Shown here: positions 52,109 through 64,000 of the stretch, one piece after another
How the letters are laid out: each line of letters starts with the position of its first letter
Position numbering within the stretch: the stretch's first letter is position 1
NCBI RefSeq assembly: GCF_963676685.1
Contig: NC_092348.1
Span: 8,866,001-8,930,000 of the forward strand
Length of the DNA: 64,000 bases
From: Mytilus edulis
Lineage: Eukaryota
Direction: 5' to 3'
Notes under the pieces: model-generated
The model's input: the letters and a program-made list of their open reading frames with translations, nothing else
What the model was told of the DNA's origin: nothing
Database searches by the model: none
Program-made: the position numbers and the translations under genes

Positions 52109-52301
52109 ACTATGCCATTTTCCATCGTCGACCTTGGCAGCGGCCACTGTCAACACAGCTTCTAGACGACGACATTTTATATGATATGTCAGAAAGCCGG
52201 ATGCTATCTCAACTCCAACAAATTCTTTGGTATTTGCATTGTTCAAGTAAAATAAAACACCACTTAAGGACGTCGTTTTAAAGTCAAAACTCAAAGCATG
52301 C
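52109..52301 (-). CDS. Gene B exon 3 (HALSFDFKTTSLSGVLFY...VDDGKWHS)
   Basis: ttttcag acceptor and gtaagt donor, phases 2/0. LamG SFxFKT...GxLFY and DGxWH motifs. Confidence 0.92.
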
Positions 52302-53852
52302 CTGAAAAAAAAGATTTTATATTTACAATTAAATTCTGAATAGGAAATAAACGTGAAATTAATTTGCTCGATTCTTTATTATTCTAATAATGGGAAGCCT
52401 TTTGGAATCGCATACAGGATACGCTCATACAACTGTTACTATTGATTGATAACATTCAATAAAAAATCAACAATAGTTTGATAATAATTTTCAAAGGGAC
52501 ATACGATCTCACAAACAGAAATGTATATTTCTCACGAGTTGGGTTTATGGAATGGAGTGCACCAATGTTATTTCACGCTTATTATTTTCTGTTCGCTTTT
52601 ATCTTCCTCGACCTACATTAAAATTTCATACTTTTGAAGCTACTTTTTACGCCCTTTAGCTAGTACATATATACGTTTTAGGTGTTTTAAAAGTGAATGT
52701 ATCAAAAGATAACATGGACTAATGCATTTCAATTACAAAATGAATGAGGAAATTTCAATTCTATTTTTTTCAATAAATTGGGGGCGCTTATAAGTATATT
52801 AGACTGATATTTAATTGAAACAAATTAAATAATGGTATAGCTAAAACTAAGTTTAATTCAAATACCACTTAAGACATTGGGTGCAAATTTTGAAGATTTT
52901 GATAAATAATAATTTAATGATCGTAGACACATAAATGAAACATCGAAAATTGCTTTTAAGTTCACAGTTTTAATTCATTTTAAGTTAAATTATTATTACA
53001 AAAATGATGAATTTGAATGCACTAAGGATTTTTTTCCCCAATGCATAGCCAGATGAGTTAGATTTGACAAAACTTGTTTTCATTTTTCTACTCTAATTCT
53101 CCGCAAATTGATAATTGATTTAGCCATTCACCTGTTTTGGTAGGAAAGCCATTGTACAGTTCTTCTATATTTTAATGTTTTTTTAAATGAAAGTTTCGCA
53201 ATATTGTGGTATCCCATATGAGAATGCAGATTTTACCGATGTTAATATACACAAGCAAATATTGAAATGTAAGGTTTTATATTGTACGAAAGCGAACTTG
53301 GTACATAGATTTCAAAATGTTTAAAAAAGTCAATAATTCAAGCAAATGTTAAAATTTCGAGTTCAAGTCAAAGTTTTAAGATTTGATAAGACAAAAAATT
53401 GACTTTGAAAAAAAGATCAATTCCAATATTGTTTTACTATCGCCCCTAACTATACGCTTCCATAATATTGACACCAATATGAACGACCAAAATAAATGAG
53501 ACCATGAGCGGTCATTCCCTAGGCATCAAGATTATGGTCATGATGAAATCAGTTTACTGTCACATTTTTGACGTAGGGGATATACGACATAAAAGTAATA
53601 GCTTTTTAAAAAGTTTGCCATCTTATAGTTGAGGTCGTAGTTAGGCAGTGATGCAAAGTGAGAATGTCGTCATGATGCGAAAACAACAATGTACAGGAGG
53701 GTGCACGTTTTACCCTACAGAGTACAGACAAAGAATTTAATGTCAAGAAACTTCTACATTTTTCTTTAATTGGCTTAATGTAATACCCGTTAGCAACACA
53801 TGTTCAATCATACATGATACTCTCTGATTAACTTTAATAAAATACAACTTAC

Positions 53853-53950
53853 CCATTCCCAAATGGTTTCTTTAGTGAGTCTATCCGGACTCTACTTTTC
53901 GGTAAAGGTTCGATGTAGGCTCCTTTAGCGCTTAGTATATTGATTGGTGA
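53853..53950 (-). CDS. Gene B exon 2 (SPINILSAKGAYIEPLPKSRVRIDSLKKPFGNG)
   Basis: tttttcag acceptor and gtaagt donor. Open in phases 0/2, matching both neighbours. Confidence 0.8.
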
Positions 53951-56900
53951 CTGAAAAATAATAATGCAAGAAATATTGTAGATTCAATAGTCTATTTTAT
54001 TTAGTTTGTATTAATAGGTAGAGAAAGATTTTAAACACGATTTCTGCAGGTAAAATATTGTGACCTGTAAATGTTCACATCTCTTTCCTTTGATCTTTAT
54101 GGATAGCATAGTCTCGTAGACAGTCATACTTAAATTCAGTCTTTTTCAATAACGTGAAAAAAGGACGAAACAGGTAGTTTGAGGAGGATTCCCATTACGA
54201 ATTATTAATAAAAATCATAGCTGTCTTTGTTATGATCCCCGAGTGGGAAAGATACAAGGATGTTGTAAAAAAAAATTAAGAAGATACCAATAGTACTCGC
54301 AGTATAACCGTAGGAGGTGGAAAAGAAACCGTATAAAAAGGAAAGAACAGAGAATGATGGGTACCAGTTTGCCAAATAAGTAAACGTTTACGAGTTGGTA
54401 ATAAAAAGTCAGTTTTCTAATCATCAATTGACAAAAATTACACGACCTTCAGCAATGAGCAGACCTATTTTTAACTGACATTTAGTATAATGCTTACAAA
54501 AATAAATATCTTTACTTAGTACACAGAATTAATGTGGGGTTATAACTTATTTTCTTATATTTTATTAGTCTATTGTAGTATTATACCGATCACATAAAAC
54601 ATAATGTTGAACGTAAATTAACTCCTGGAGACTGGGAATCGTTGTGGAGGGTACAAACACAAAACTATTATAGTATTGTTCTCAATCAAGTGAAAGAATT
54701 TAAAGTTCACAAAACTTTTATCATGACATTACGGTAAAAACAACAAAAATTTATCTTATACAAATATGAAAAACAATATTGATCATATTAAAACGTGTGC
54801 GAAATATTTTAACGAGATAAATGATATGATTCGGCAGTTTATAGTATAAATAACACGACCGTCCTATCTTTGTTTGTACCTACTGACAGCTGTTATTGGT
54901 CAATGAAGAGCAGCTTGAACTACTTTCACAAATGTATAACAGACCCTCTACGTCTGGTTAAAAATCTCAGTAGGGGAGCTGTGTTTCGGATTTTTTAAAC
55001 CTATTTTATGTCATCGCTAAGCTGGTGTCACATTTCTGTGCCAAGTTTGTCTTTTAAGTACAAATTATAGTTTACCGTTAAAATTACTTAAACATTTTGT
55101 CACAAAATTACAAGTTTTTATGCTCTTGTTCTATTTAGAGTTTTCAGTTTAAGTTCCATTTTTGAGTTTTCAGCATTATTGAATAGTTTGCATTCCCAAA
55201 TCCTTTGCTGGTACAGATACATGCAGCTATCAAATTATTTCTAAGTTAGCTAAATTTAGTTTATGTCATTTACAACACATGTATTACATAATATGCATTA
55301 AACACATGAATAGCGCGTGTTTAAAGAATTGTTCATGATCAATGTGCACTTTATCACATATGAAACATGCGTTCTACATGTAAGGCAAGACCCATGCGTT
55401 TCCCGAAACGCATGTTTTACGAATGTTAAATATATATAAAAAAAAACATTAAATATACGCTTAATACATTTGATTTTAACTGATTGATTTAGAAGTTACT
55501 AATTGACTTATTTTATTATATATTGTTAACTTATATTTCAAGGCGTATGATGTTAAAAAAAACTGTATTTTTAGGAACTGATACGTCACAAGGAGAAACA
55601 CAGAAGAAGAAGAAGAAACAAATAAACATACATACATACAAACCGTTGAAACAAAAAACAAAAAAAAGAAAGAAAGAAAGAAAGAAAAGAAAACGATTAG
55701 TGTTACTTAAAGCTTATTAGAAGATATATCGTTCAGGAACCCTTTTTTTAACCTAATACGGTCATAGTAAAGTACACTGAACCTTTTAAGGAAACTGTTA
55801 AAACTATAAAATATTAATAATTGTGTGGGCGGAAGTTCCATAATCTATACAAAATGATTTGTTTTGAGAAACCTTTGCAAATTGTGCACTCGAAGCGTTT
55901 CTGTATTCTAAAATCCGTTCTCAATAGTTAATCAATGATCGAAAAATACGACTAAACTGTCAAAAGCAGACAAAGTTGTCCGCCTTCTGTAGCAGATAAA
56001 ATAAAGAAAAAACCCACCCACATTGAGATGTTTAATTATTTCTGTGAAAAGTGATGTAAATTGATATAATAAAAAAAAAAATTCGCAGACATTAACTAAT
56101 GCTTTATATAAAAGTACTAGTGAAAAAATTATTTCCAGTTATGGCGAATATAGATTTGTGTATATTTTTCAATAATGTACTGATTGCAAAATTTTGAATA
56201 TTATGATTAGCAAAATCCTAAGGTTTCTACTTCCAGATATAGACCGGTAACATTATGCTCTCTACCATTGTAAGCGAAACATAAAAAAGGTTACATTTTG
56301 TAACTTGATTTAATAGATTTACAAGCGAGGTGCGCGTACATGCATGTTTTATGGAAATATTGAATGGTAAAACACAATTCAAATAGTTTTGTTTTGTTTT
56401 TGTATTTATTTATCTAAACATCAAGTACAAACATGCGCTGTTTGACAAAACATTGTTATGGCTGTATATGTTATAACTAAGATAGAAGTACTATGATAGT
56501 GTATATCATGTTAAGGTATTTTATCATTATATAGTGAGTGGGAATATGAATGCGACAAATAACATTTTATGCACTCAAAATTATCGATGATATTTTTATT
56601 TTGATATTGCTTTTCAATGTTTTCTCATCCATGCAGCACAATTTTCAGCAATAAGTTATTTTACTTCATTGATTGTGCACTTGGAAACATGTGACTGTAA
56701 TACGGCATGGCTTATACCAAAATTAGTAAATTATAGAATGCATTGTTTCAGTGGATTAAGAATGATAAAATGCCTTTCCTGTGACTGAATAATTATTTTA
56801 AATTTCAAAGAAAAATAAGTGGGTTAGGTCTGTTTGATACATGCACAATTTAATATATTATTTTAAATTTCAAAGAAATAATTATATTATATGTGATTTC

Positions 56901-59900
56901 TGATTCAGCCTCGTTTTTTAAATATTGAATTTTATAGTGTTTTTTAAAGACAACTTTAGAAACACATTTGTATGGTTTGCTTAGGGAAGTTATTTCGAAA
57001 TATGATAGAACGTGGAGACTTTTTGAATACAATTATACTTTAATAACCTCAAACACTAAGGTGTACAAGAGGACCTGTTAATTTTTATGTCATTTTGGTC
57101 TTTTGTGGAGAGTTTTCTTAATTGCTATCATATATACCACATCTTCTATTTTATATATATATATAAATGTAAGGCTATTTTAAGATGCTTTAATAGTCGT
57201 CATTATACTAATGTATACAAACATATATTTTTATGATGAGATTTAACCCTATAAATGTCTTAAAATATCAACTTCGCCTTCTTATGTTCCAATAAATCAA
57301 TGTTAAAACGTTTTCGTTCTACAAAAAAATATCGAATGAAATTAAAGACCTATTTAGAAGTAAGAGATAACATGGCTGCACTTTAAATGTATGGGCATAT
57401 CCGTTTACAGAAATATTAATCATAACAGCTTAGACATATTTAATATTTTCACATAGTTTACAACTCACGAAACCTTTGGTCCAATTACCCTGGTTTGTCG
57501 TCGTGTCGTCAAAAAATACATTAAAACTCTAATCTATAGGACATAGTCTATTTTTGACAATGTTAGATTTAAAGAATATGGGAAATTAATCTTTTAAATT
57601 AAAGATATAAAAAATAACCATTAATTTGCGGTAATATAGATTTTTTCAAAAAATGTGTATTTCGTTTACCTGTTTTTGTGACTCATGCATCGTTATCTAA
57701 TGTCGCATGATAGCTCTTACTGCTAAAGGAATTTTGAAGGTCAAATATTGCGGTTAAAATGTGAAACACCAGGGCTGTTATTTAACTAGAGAAAAGATAC
57801 AAGGAGATTTGTAATAAACAGCAATACGACAGAAACCCAACGAAACAAATAAGCAAAGAACATCAAGAGGTCAGGATACACACAGTAGACTCGTGTCTCT
57901 ACAATATGACACACTCTTGACCTCCCGAGTCAATGAGAAGGAAATATGCCACCAACCACAAATCCTCAAATTAACAAACAAAGCATTGAATTATGACATA
58001 AATCAGGTAAATATAACACCAATGAATGCACCGTATATATGCACAGGTCATTAAATAGTCCTATTTCATTTTCCAATATAAAATGATGAAAACTTTAGAA
58101 ATAGATAATACTATATATATACTATTTTTGTGTGACGATGGCGTAGAATTAAAAAAAAAAAACACACATGTCTCATTGTGTACGCTCGGCTGATGCTTTC
58201 TTTGCAGAAGGGAATGCCCCTCAAAAATATCACGCGATATTATAATGTATTAGTACTTCTATTTATACTGCAATTGTTAATAAAGTTGAGAATGGAAATG
58301 GGGAATGTGCCAAAGAGACAACAACCCGACCATAGAAAAAATACTTGTCTCATTAGCAATCCTACCTCATCAACTTGTTTTTAAACGTGAAAATTTGGTA
58401 TTGGGTTCTTTCGAATTATTTATGATGAATTCAGGAACTTTGTGTGAAGACCTATTGTTGATTCTTTTGAATTCAGTTGAAATCTTGTCGGCAATTGCAG
58501 ACACTTCGCAATATTTATATTGATGACCGTATGCTGATCTTCAGTTGTCCGTTTTTGTCTCTTTGACATTTACACTTTATTACCAATCAAACCATTTTTG
58601 CATCTGCTAGATATACAATATGAAAAAAGGCTCACCAGCATCAATTACTGTAAAATTGGTAGTTAGCCAGTCGGTAGTAAGCCAGCATCAAATATTGTAC
58701 GTTAGTTTATTGACAACTACCGTAACGTCGACCGTGGTCAGCCTGCGTCAAATACTGTAATCTCGGCCGCTTAACAGGGTAAATCATATCTTTTTATTTA
58801 AATGAAATTTCACCGGTTTTGTGTCTAGAAATTCAATTTTAGTTTTTAAATTTATTTATTTGGGTTTAAATTCGACTTCAGATTTAAAAGTTGTTTGAAA
58901 TAAGCATGAATATGAATACGTGCAGGAAAAAATAAAAACGTTTTATTGTTTTTAGTCGTGCTGCTTCGTATAAAGAGAGGACAGTAATAGATATTTTACT
59001 GTGCACTGCTGTATACAGGGTTTAAAAATAAAATTAATTTAACACGTCCGTAATACAATGGAGTTTGACAAAGTCGGTGACTTTGAATTTAGCGCCGGTT
59101 GTCGGAAGGTACTTGTGCACATAACCAACTTTTATTTATTTATACTTTCTTCTGATTTCTAGTGGTTTCTTTTGCATTCTAAAAACTTGTCTCTTTACTA
59201 AAGTACTCAAAAGAGTTAAAATTTCCACTTAAACATTGGATAGTATTATTAAAAAAGGAAGATTAACACTAAACAAATAGGTTTCCGAAAAACCTTCACC
59301 AAGAACGCTCAAAACCAAAATTGTAAAAGCAGAGGGTGTTAATTTGCTTCTCAATATTTAGAAATTTACACAAAGGAAAATACCAACAGTTCAATTAATA
59401 TTCCAAAGATTATAATGGTACATTGCAATCATTCAGTAATCAAAAGTAAAATCACAAAAATACTCCGAGGAAAATTCCCAACGGAAAGTCCCTAATCAAA
59501 TGGCAAAATCAAAGGACAATACCCATCAATCGAATGGACATTTTGACTGTCATTTTCCTAGTTTGGTACAGGCATTTTCAAATATAGAAAATGGTAGATT
59601 GAACCTGGTTTTATAGCGCTAAACCTCTCACTTATATGACAGTCGCATAAAATTCATCAAATTTACAATACAGATTAAGAATGACGAGGATTTGAAAAAA
59701 AGTATTGAAATGAAGAATCATTGAACTATATACTCAAGGATAAAACGGTATCGACCATCAAACACAGTCGGCACTGTATAGGGATATGAAAAATAAACGC
59801 GAATAAAACGAACACCATTTGTACGAAATGTCTTTCTCAATAATTCAGTTATCTCGCATCAGCAGGAGAAATGATTTGCAGGCGAAATAACATTGCTTCG

Positions 59901-60286
59901 CTGTCTTAATTTGGGGAAAAAAACCCAAAAATGTTAGATGCAGAAAAGTCCAACAATACTTGAACAGATATATCTAACAGCCAGTTATCATATACGCGGG
60001 ATTACATTTTGCTATTCATCAAAACTTTTGTCACTGTTATATGCGTGCATTGTTTATCATAAGTTGCATATGTCAATTTCCTGTTATTTGTAACAATATT
60101 ATTGTTTCGATTGTAAACCAATAAAACTACTTTCCTTCAAAAAAGTAAAATAAAGGAACCTATTGTAAGAAAAGTACCATGCATGCTATGCTCGTGTCTT
60201 TTGAACGAATCTATAGTTTAGGATAACTACAATATCGAAATCCAAAGACAGATCAAAATATCTTCAGAATAAACAGAGACACTTAC

Positions 60287-60379
60287 CTGACATTTCTGGT
60301 TGATGGTCATCCCTCGAACAATTTCAATCATTATCAAAAAGTGAGCTATCATTTCGCCAAATGTCTCCGAAAATTTCAT
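60287..60379 (-). CDS. Gene B probable exon 1, signal-peptide-like (MKFSETFGEMIAHFLIMIEIVRGMTINQKCQ)
   Basis: ATG at 60379 and a strong cag|gtaagt donor in phase 0, with an upstream TATA. Joined CDS is 639 nt = 212 aa plus stop. Confidence 0.65.
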
Positions 60380-60511
60380 CTTTAAATATTTATTTTTCAA
60401 ACGATAAAATCTACGATTGAGATATCTGTTGCAGCAACTTCAACCCTTAATAACTTTTCTACTTTTGTTAGTTAAACAGCTCCTTACGTTTAATATTGGC
60501 GCGTTCAGGTA

Positions 60512-60519
60512 TATTTATA
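60512..60519 (-). promoter_or_regulatory. Candidate TATA box (TATAAATA) for gene B
   Basis: Consensus match about 135 nt upstream of the proposed ATG. The AT-rich background limits specificity. Confidence 0.45.
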
Positions 60520-61597
60520 CACTTATGGATTTATTTTTCTTTGGCGGAGTAATACAGGTGCAATTAAATTGCTATGTTTCATGAATGAAACATAAAATTG
60601 TTGTAAAATTCCAGCACGTGGTTAAAATCAATAAAATATTTAATTACTTCAGAAAACGTAAACACAATCCTTTGATGCGTAAATGAACATGTAATGTCAA
60701 CAAATATTATGAGAAACGTTTTAAAGATAAAATAGTTTTATTCATGGTCAAATATGTATGTGTATTTGACTAACATAAAAATAGCGTACGTGATCCTCCC
60801 ACGCCTTGTTTAATGTCATTTATCTTTTTTTTTTATTTGTGTCACTTCCTTATGAAGTTTTATATGTCACTAATGCTACATTATTGCCCCATACCTGATA
60901 CTAATATTTGGATAAAAAATCAATTACAGGTAAATGTTTCTTTGAATACCGAAAACTGCCTTTACATGGTAAATTTAAAATAAATTGTCTAAATTATGAT
61001 CATAACAATGAACCCAGTGTTAGACAAATACAACTAAAAAATTCGTTTTCAAGACGCTAAGTATCATCTATGTGACGTTTTATGACAAAAAATATTTAGT
61101 CATATAGCCCCATTGCAAAAAGACATTAAAACCTGTATTCAAATAACATGACGAATCCATAAAAAAGTTGTATTTACATTGCAAAGCGTGTTTACCACAC
61201 CTGTTCCCAATATCTGATATGACCCATTTTCGAAATAATTTGAAATAAAGAAATCAGTCACAAACAAAAACAAGGAAGCACAAAACCAAAAGCAATAGAA
61301 ATGTCAAAATCTGCTGGAAAAGTAATTCATTACCTTGGCAGTATTACGAAATAAACTTGGCCTACACCTTTCGCAGCAGACCTTCACATAAATTGCAATG
61401 TGTATGTAACAATAGACAGGCCATCGAAAAAAAATCAACCAGTCCTGATTTAAACTGTCTTCGGAAGATATCTCATACTTTTGTCTATATACTTTTAACA
61501 ACCTAGGGGAATTTAATATTATATTTAATTGTCAAGTAGTTTCTTAAAGATATGATTTCAACACTTATTAACGGACGCTTTTAGATAAACCCACATT

Positions 61598-61642
61598 TAC
61601 GCCAGACGCGCGTTTCGTTTACAAAAGACTCATCAGTGACGC
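61598..61642 (-). ncRNA. Type I hammerhead ribozyme motif
   Basis: Minus strand reads gcgtca-CTGATGA-gtc-ttttgta-aac-GAAA-cgcgcg-TC-tggcgta. Predicted cut between 61605 and 61604. Confidence 0.85.
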
Positions 61643-61962
61643 TCGAATAAAAAAATGTTCAAAAGGCCAAATAGATTACGAAGTTCAAGAGCAAAGAGGA
61701 CAAAAAATTCCTAAAAGTTTTGCCAAATACAGCCAAGGTTATCTATTCCTGATGTAGAAAAGCCTTAGTATTTCAAAAATTCAAAGTTTTGTTAACAGTT
61801 AATTTATTATTATGAACATATCTATGATAACTCAAATCAACACAGAAGTGCTGACTACCGGGCTGGTGATACCCTCGGGGAAATAAATCTCTACCAGTAG
61901 TGGCATCGCCCTAGTGGTTGTAAATAAACTCATCATAGATACCAGTACTAAAATTTTACACT

Positions 61963-62007
61963 TACACCAGACGCGCGTTTCGTCAACAAAAGACTCATCA
62001 TTGACGT
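61963..62007 (-). ncRNA. Type I hammerhead ribozyme motif with a C3-to-A core mutation
   Basis: Minus strand reads acgtca-ATGATGA-gtc-ttttgtt-gac-GAAA-cgcgcg-TC-tggtgta. Stem II is perfect but the core is altered. Confidence 0.75.
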
Positions 62008-64000
62008 CCGAATCAAAAAATGTCCTAAAGGCTAATACTTGACTGCTATTTATCATGTCAGTACCGAATTATTGACTACGGAGCTGATACAACCATCGGA
62101 GACTGATAGTCCACCAGCCAATTTATCGACCCATGCAGTGCTGAAAAAAAGAGAACATCACGTTGTAAATTGTATGCGTTGCTTTCCTAGAATTACCTTC
62201 ATAAAGAACGCTCAAAGCCGAATATCTGAAAGCCAGTGATGTAATTGATGCAGGCATACTGGTTTAATGATACACTTTACCAGGGACTTTACCAAGAGAA
62301 ATAAGTCAAAATTAAGCAAGAACTAGGGGAACAAATGAAAGAAAGAAACTTGCAGATTATTTGTTCACGAATGCTATGTATGAGCATTGTGCGGGGATAT
62401 AAATGTACTGTTTCCTCTAATTTTCTAGAATGTTATTGACGGAAATATTTTTAAACAATAATAGAATTCACTACATTTATCTCAGCATCTTCATGTCTTG
62501 ATTTGCGTGTAACATTTTAAGTAGACAGACAATTGAATATAATTGAATACAAGATGTTTCAGACAAGAGAGTTTTCAAGTAAGTTTAAACATAAGTGGAC
62601 AGTTATGGTGTGAAAATTGTATTTTACAGAATAGTCAATCCACGTTATTTCCATACATTCAAATAAACAGGGTTGTTGGTAGATTTACTGTGGAAAGTGT
62701 TATTCAATTATATGTGTAATCACATGATATACTATAATGACAGGTTTCCTATAACAAATAACCTATTTCTAATTTTTAATCCATTTTACTGTTTTTATAT
62801 TACACTGAAAGACGTCAACAGTTAATCATCTTAATTTTTGCGAGTTTAACCTAAAAAAAAAACAATGACGAAACTGAATATCAAAGTCATTGAAAGCCGT
62901 ATTTAAGTATAACAGCCCTCTGTGAATTCACCGATTGTGTCGTATCACATGGCGGGTAATATGTGCATAACAGGAGTTGCTTTCCGTCACGTGACGGGCC
63001 GTGTCGTTTCACACTGTCTCGCAGTTTAGAGTTCATGAAACTCCCTCAGTTTTTCGTTTTACATTACCTTAATCAGTCTTTCCTGAATCGATTTACAGAT
63101 TCGAACACTTTTAAATTATTGTCGCCTTTACTGATTGTGTGGTTAGATCTTTCTATGCTGAACAATTATGAAGTTTTTAGGGGGTATTTGGGTATTTCTA
63201 GCGATGACGTAAAGCAACAAACTAATGTCAACAGAATATTTCCATCGTTTGGTTAGTAATATTATTAATAAAATTCTAATTGTACTCAGTTCTACGCTTT
63301 ACACCGAATAATAATAGATGTGTTAAAAACTGAGATTTTGCACGTACATCTTTTGATTCAGAATACTGAGTTTCATTGGATAGACAAAGTATTTTGACAT
63401 TATTGACTTTAGATTATCATACAAGGGCATATAATATGCATTTACTTAATCACCTTGCACCAGTTGCAGTTTGTCATTTATAAACTGTAATGTCCCATCA
63501 ATCGGTGTGGTGTAGGTCAAGCCTCCTTGTAGGGCCAACATAATGTAATAGAGTGACTAAATGAAAATAAGATGTAGTATATAATTGATAATGAAGAAAA
63601 TCGCCTTCAAAGACCAATTGCGTCGATATAAACATCTGTATGTCACTGTGCAGCTTCTACCAACGAGCATAAAGCAAAGTAAGCTATACAAATCCCGTGA
63701 ATACAAATAAACAATACACGATAAACAATACAATAATAAACAATACAAAATAAAATAAACAATTACGACTAACGACAACCAAAAACCACACAAAAGACTG
63801 CATATATGGGCAAGCACTTGCAGAGAAAAAGTATCAACAAAAATACCGCACTCCATGCAAAAAGGGGAAGTCCATGAAAAAAGGCAACAGTAGTATAACG
63901 GTGTTCAAAAGTCATAAATAGATCAGAGTTACAAATTAAAACAGAGGAAAACACATCTAATATAAGAGGAAAACAAAGAAACAACAAGAAACTGAAGTGC

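Larger units (their letters stand above)
61598..62036 (-). mobile_element. Non-LTR retrozyme-like unit: a 365-nt monomer bounded by two hammerhead motifs
   Basis: The direct repeat ccagacgcgcgtttcgt...gactcatca.tgacg starts at 61602 and 61967. Non-coding and homologous to 42141-42348. Confidence 0.82.

Noticed and set aside
58366-58606. Extra minus-strand exon of gene B (ag...gag|gtagga, a few Cys codons)
   Set aside because: All three frames contain stops. At most it is a decayed or non-coding exon.

Overview
AT-rich, repeat-dense eukaryotic DNA with spliceosomal GT-AG introns. The repeat inventory suggests a bivalve, probably Mytilus (inference). There is a 273-N assembly gap at 11236-11508. 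Two convergent genes were reconstructed by hand; the ORF track shows them only in fragments. (1) A + strand gene with 7 coding exons (28770-41096, 884 aa): signal peptide, two tandem GPR158/GPR179-like ectodomain modules (Cache plus Cys-rich EGF-like), a linker with furin-type sites and a GPI-type tail, but no 7TM. (2) A - strand gene with 5 exons (60379-48888, 212 aa): a small, probably secreted, single laminin-G-domain protein with an upstream TATA box. Mobile DNA includes three type I hammerhead ribozyme motifs (two define a 365-nt retrozyme unit, one sits inside a DNA transposon) and Penelope-like RT remnants. There is also a 2-kb element with ~460-bp TIRs, CACCGTG ends and a 5-bp TSD (Transib/RAG-type signature). 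An esterase-ORF1 RTEX-like LINE is nested in a CR1-like LINE, and a tRNA-derived SINE shares its 3' tail with that CR1. Helentron-type HINEs carry nested Harbinger- and Mutator-type MITEs, and there is a 2.5-kb 19-bp minisatellite. All calls come from reading the sequence; no searches were run.
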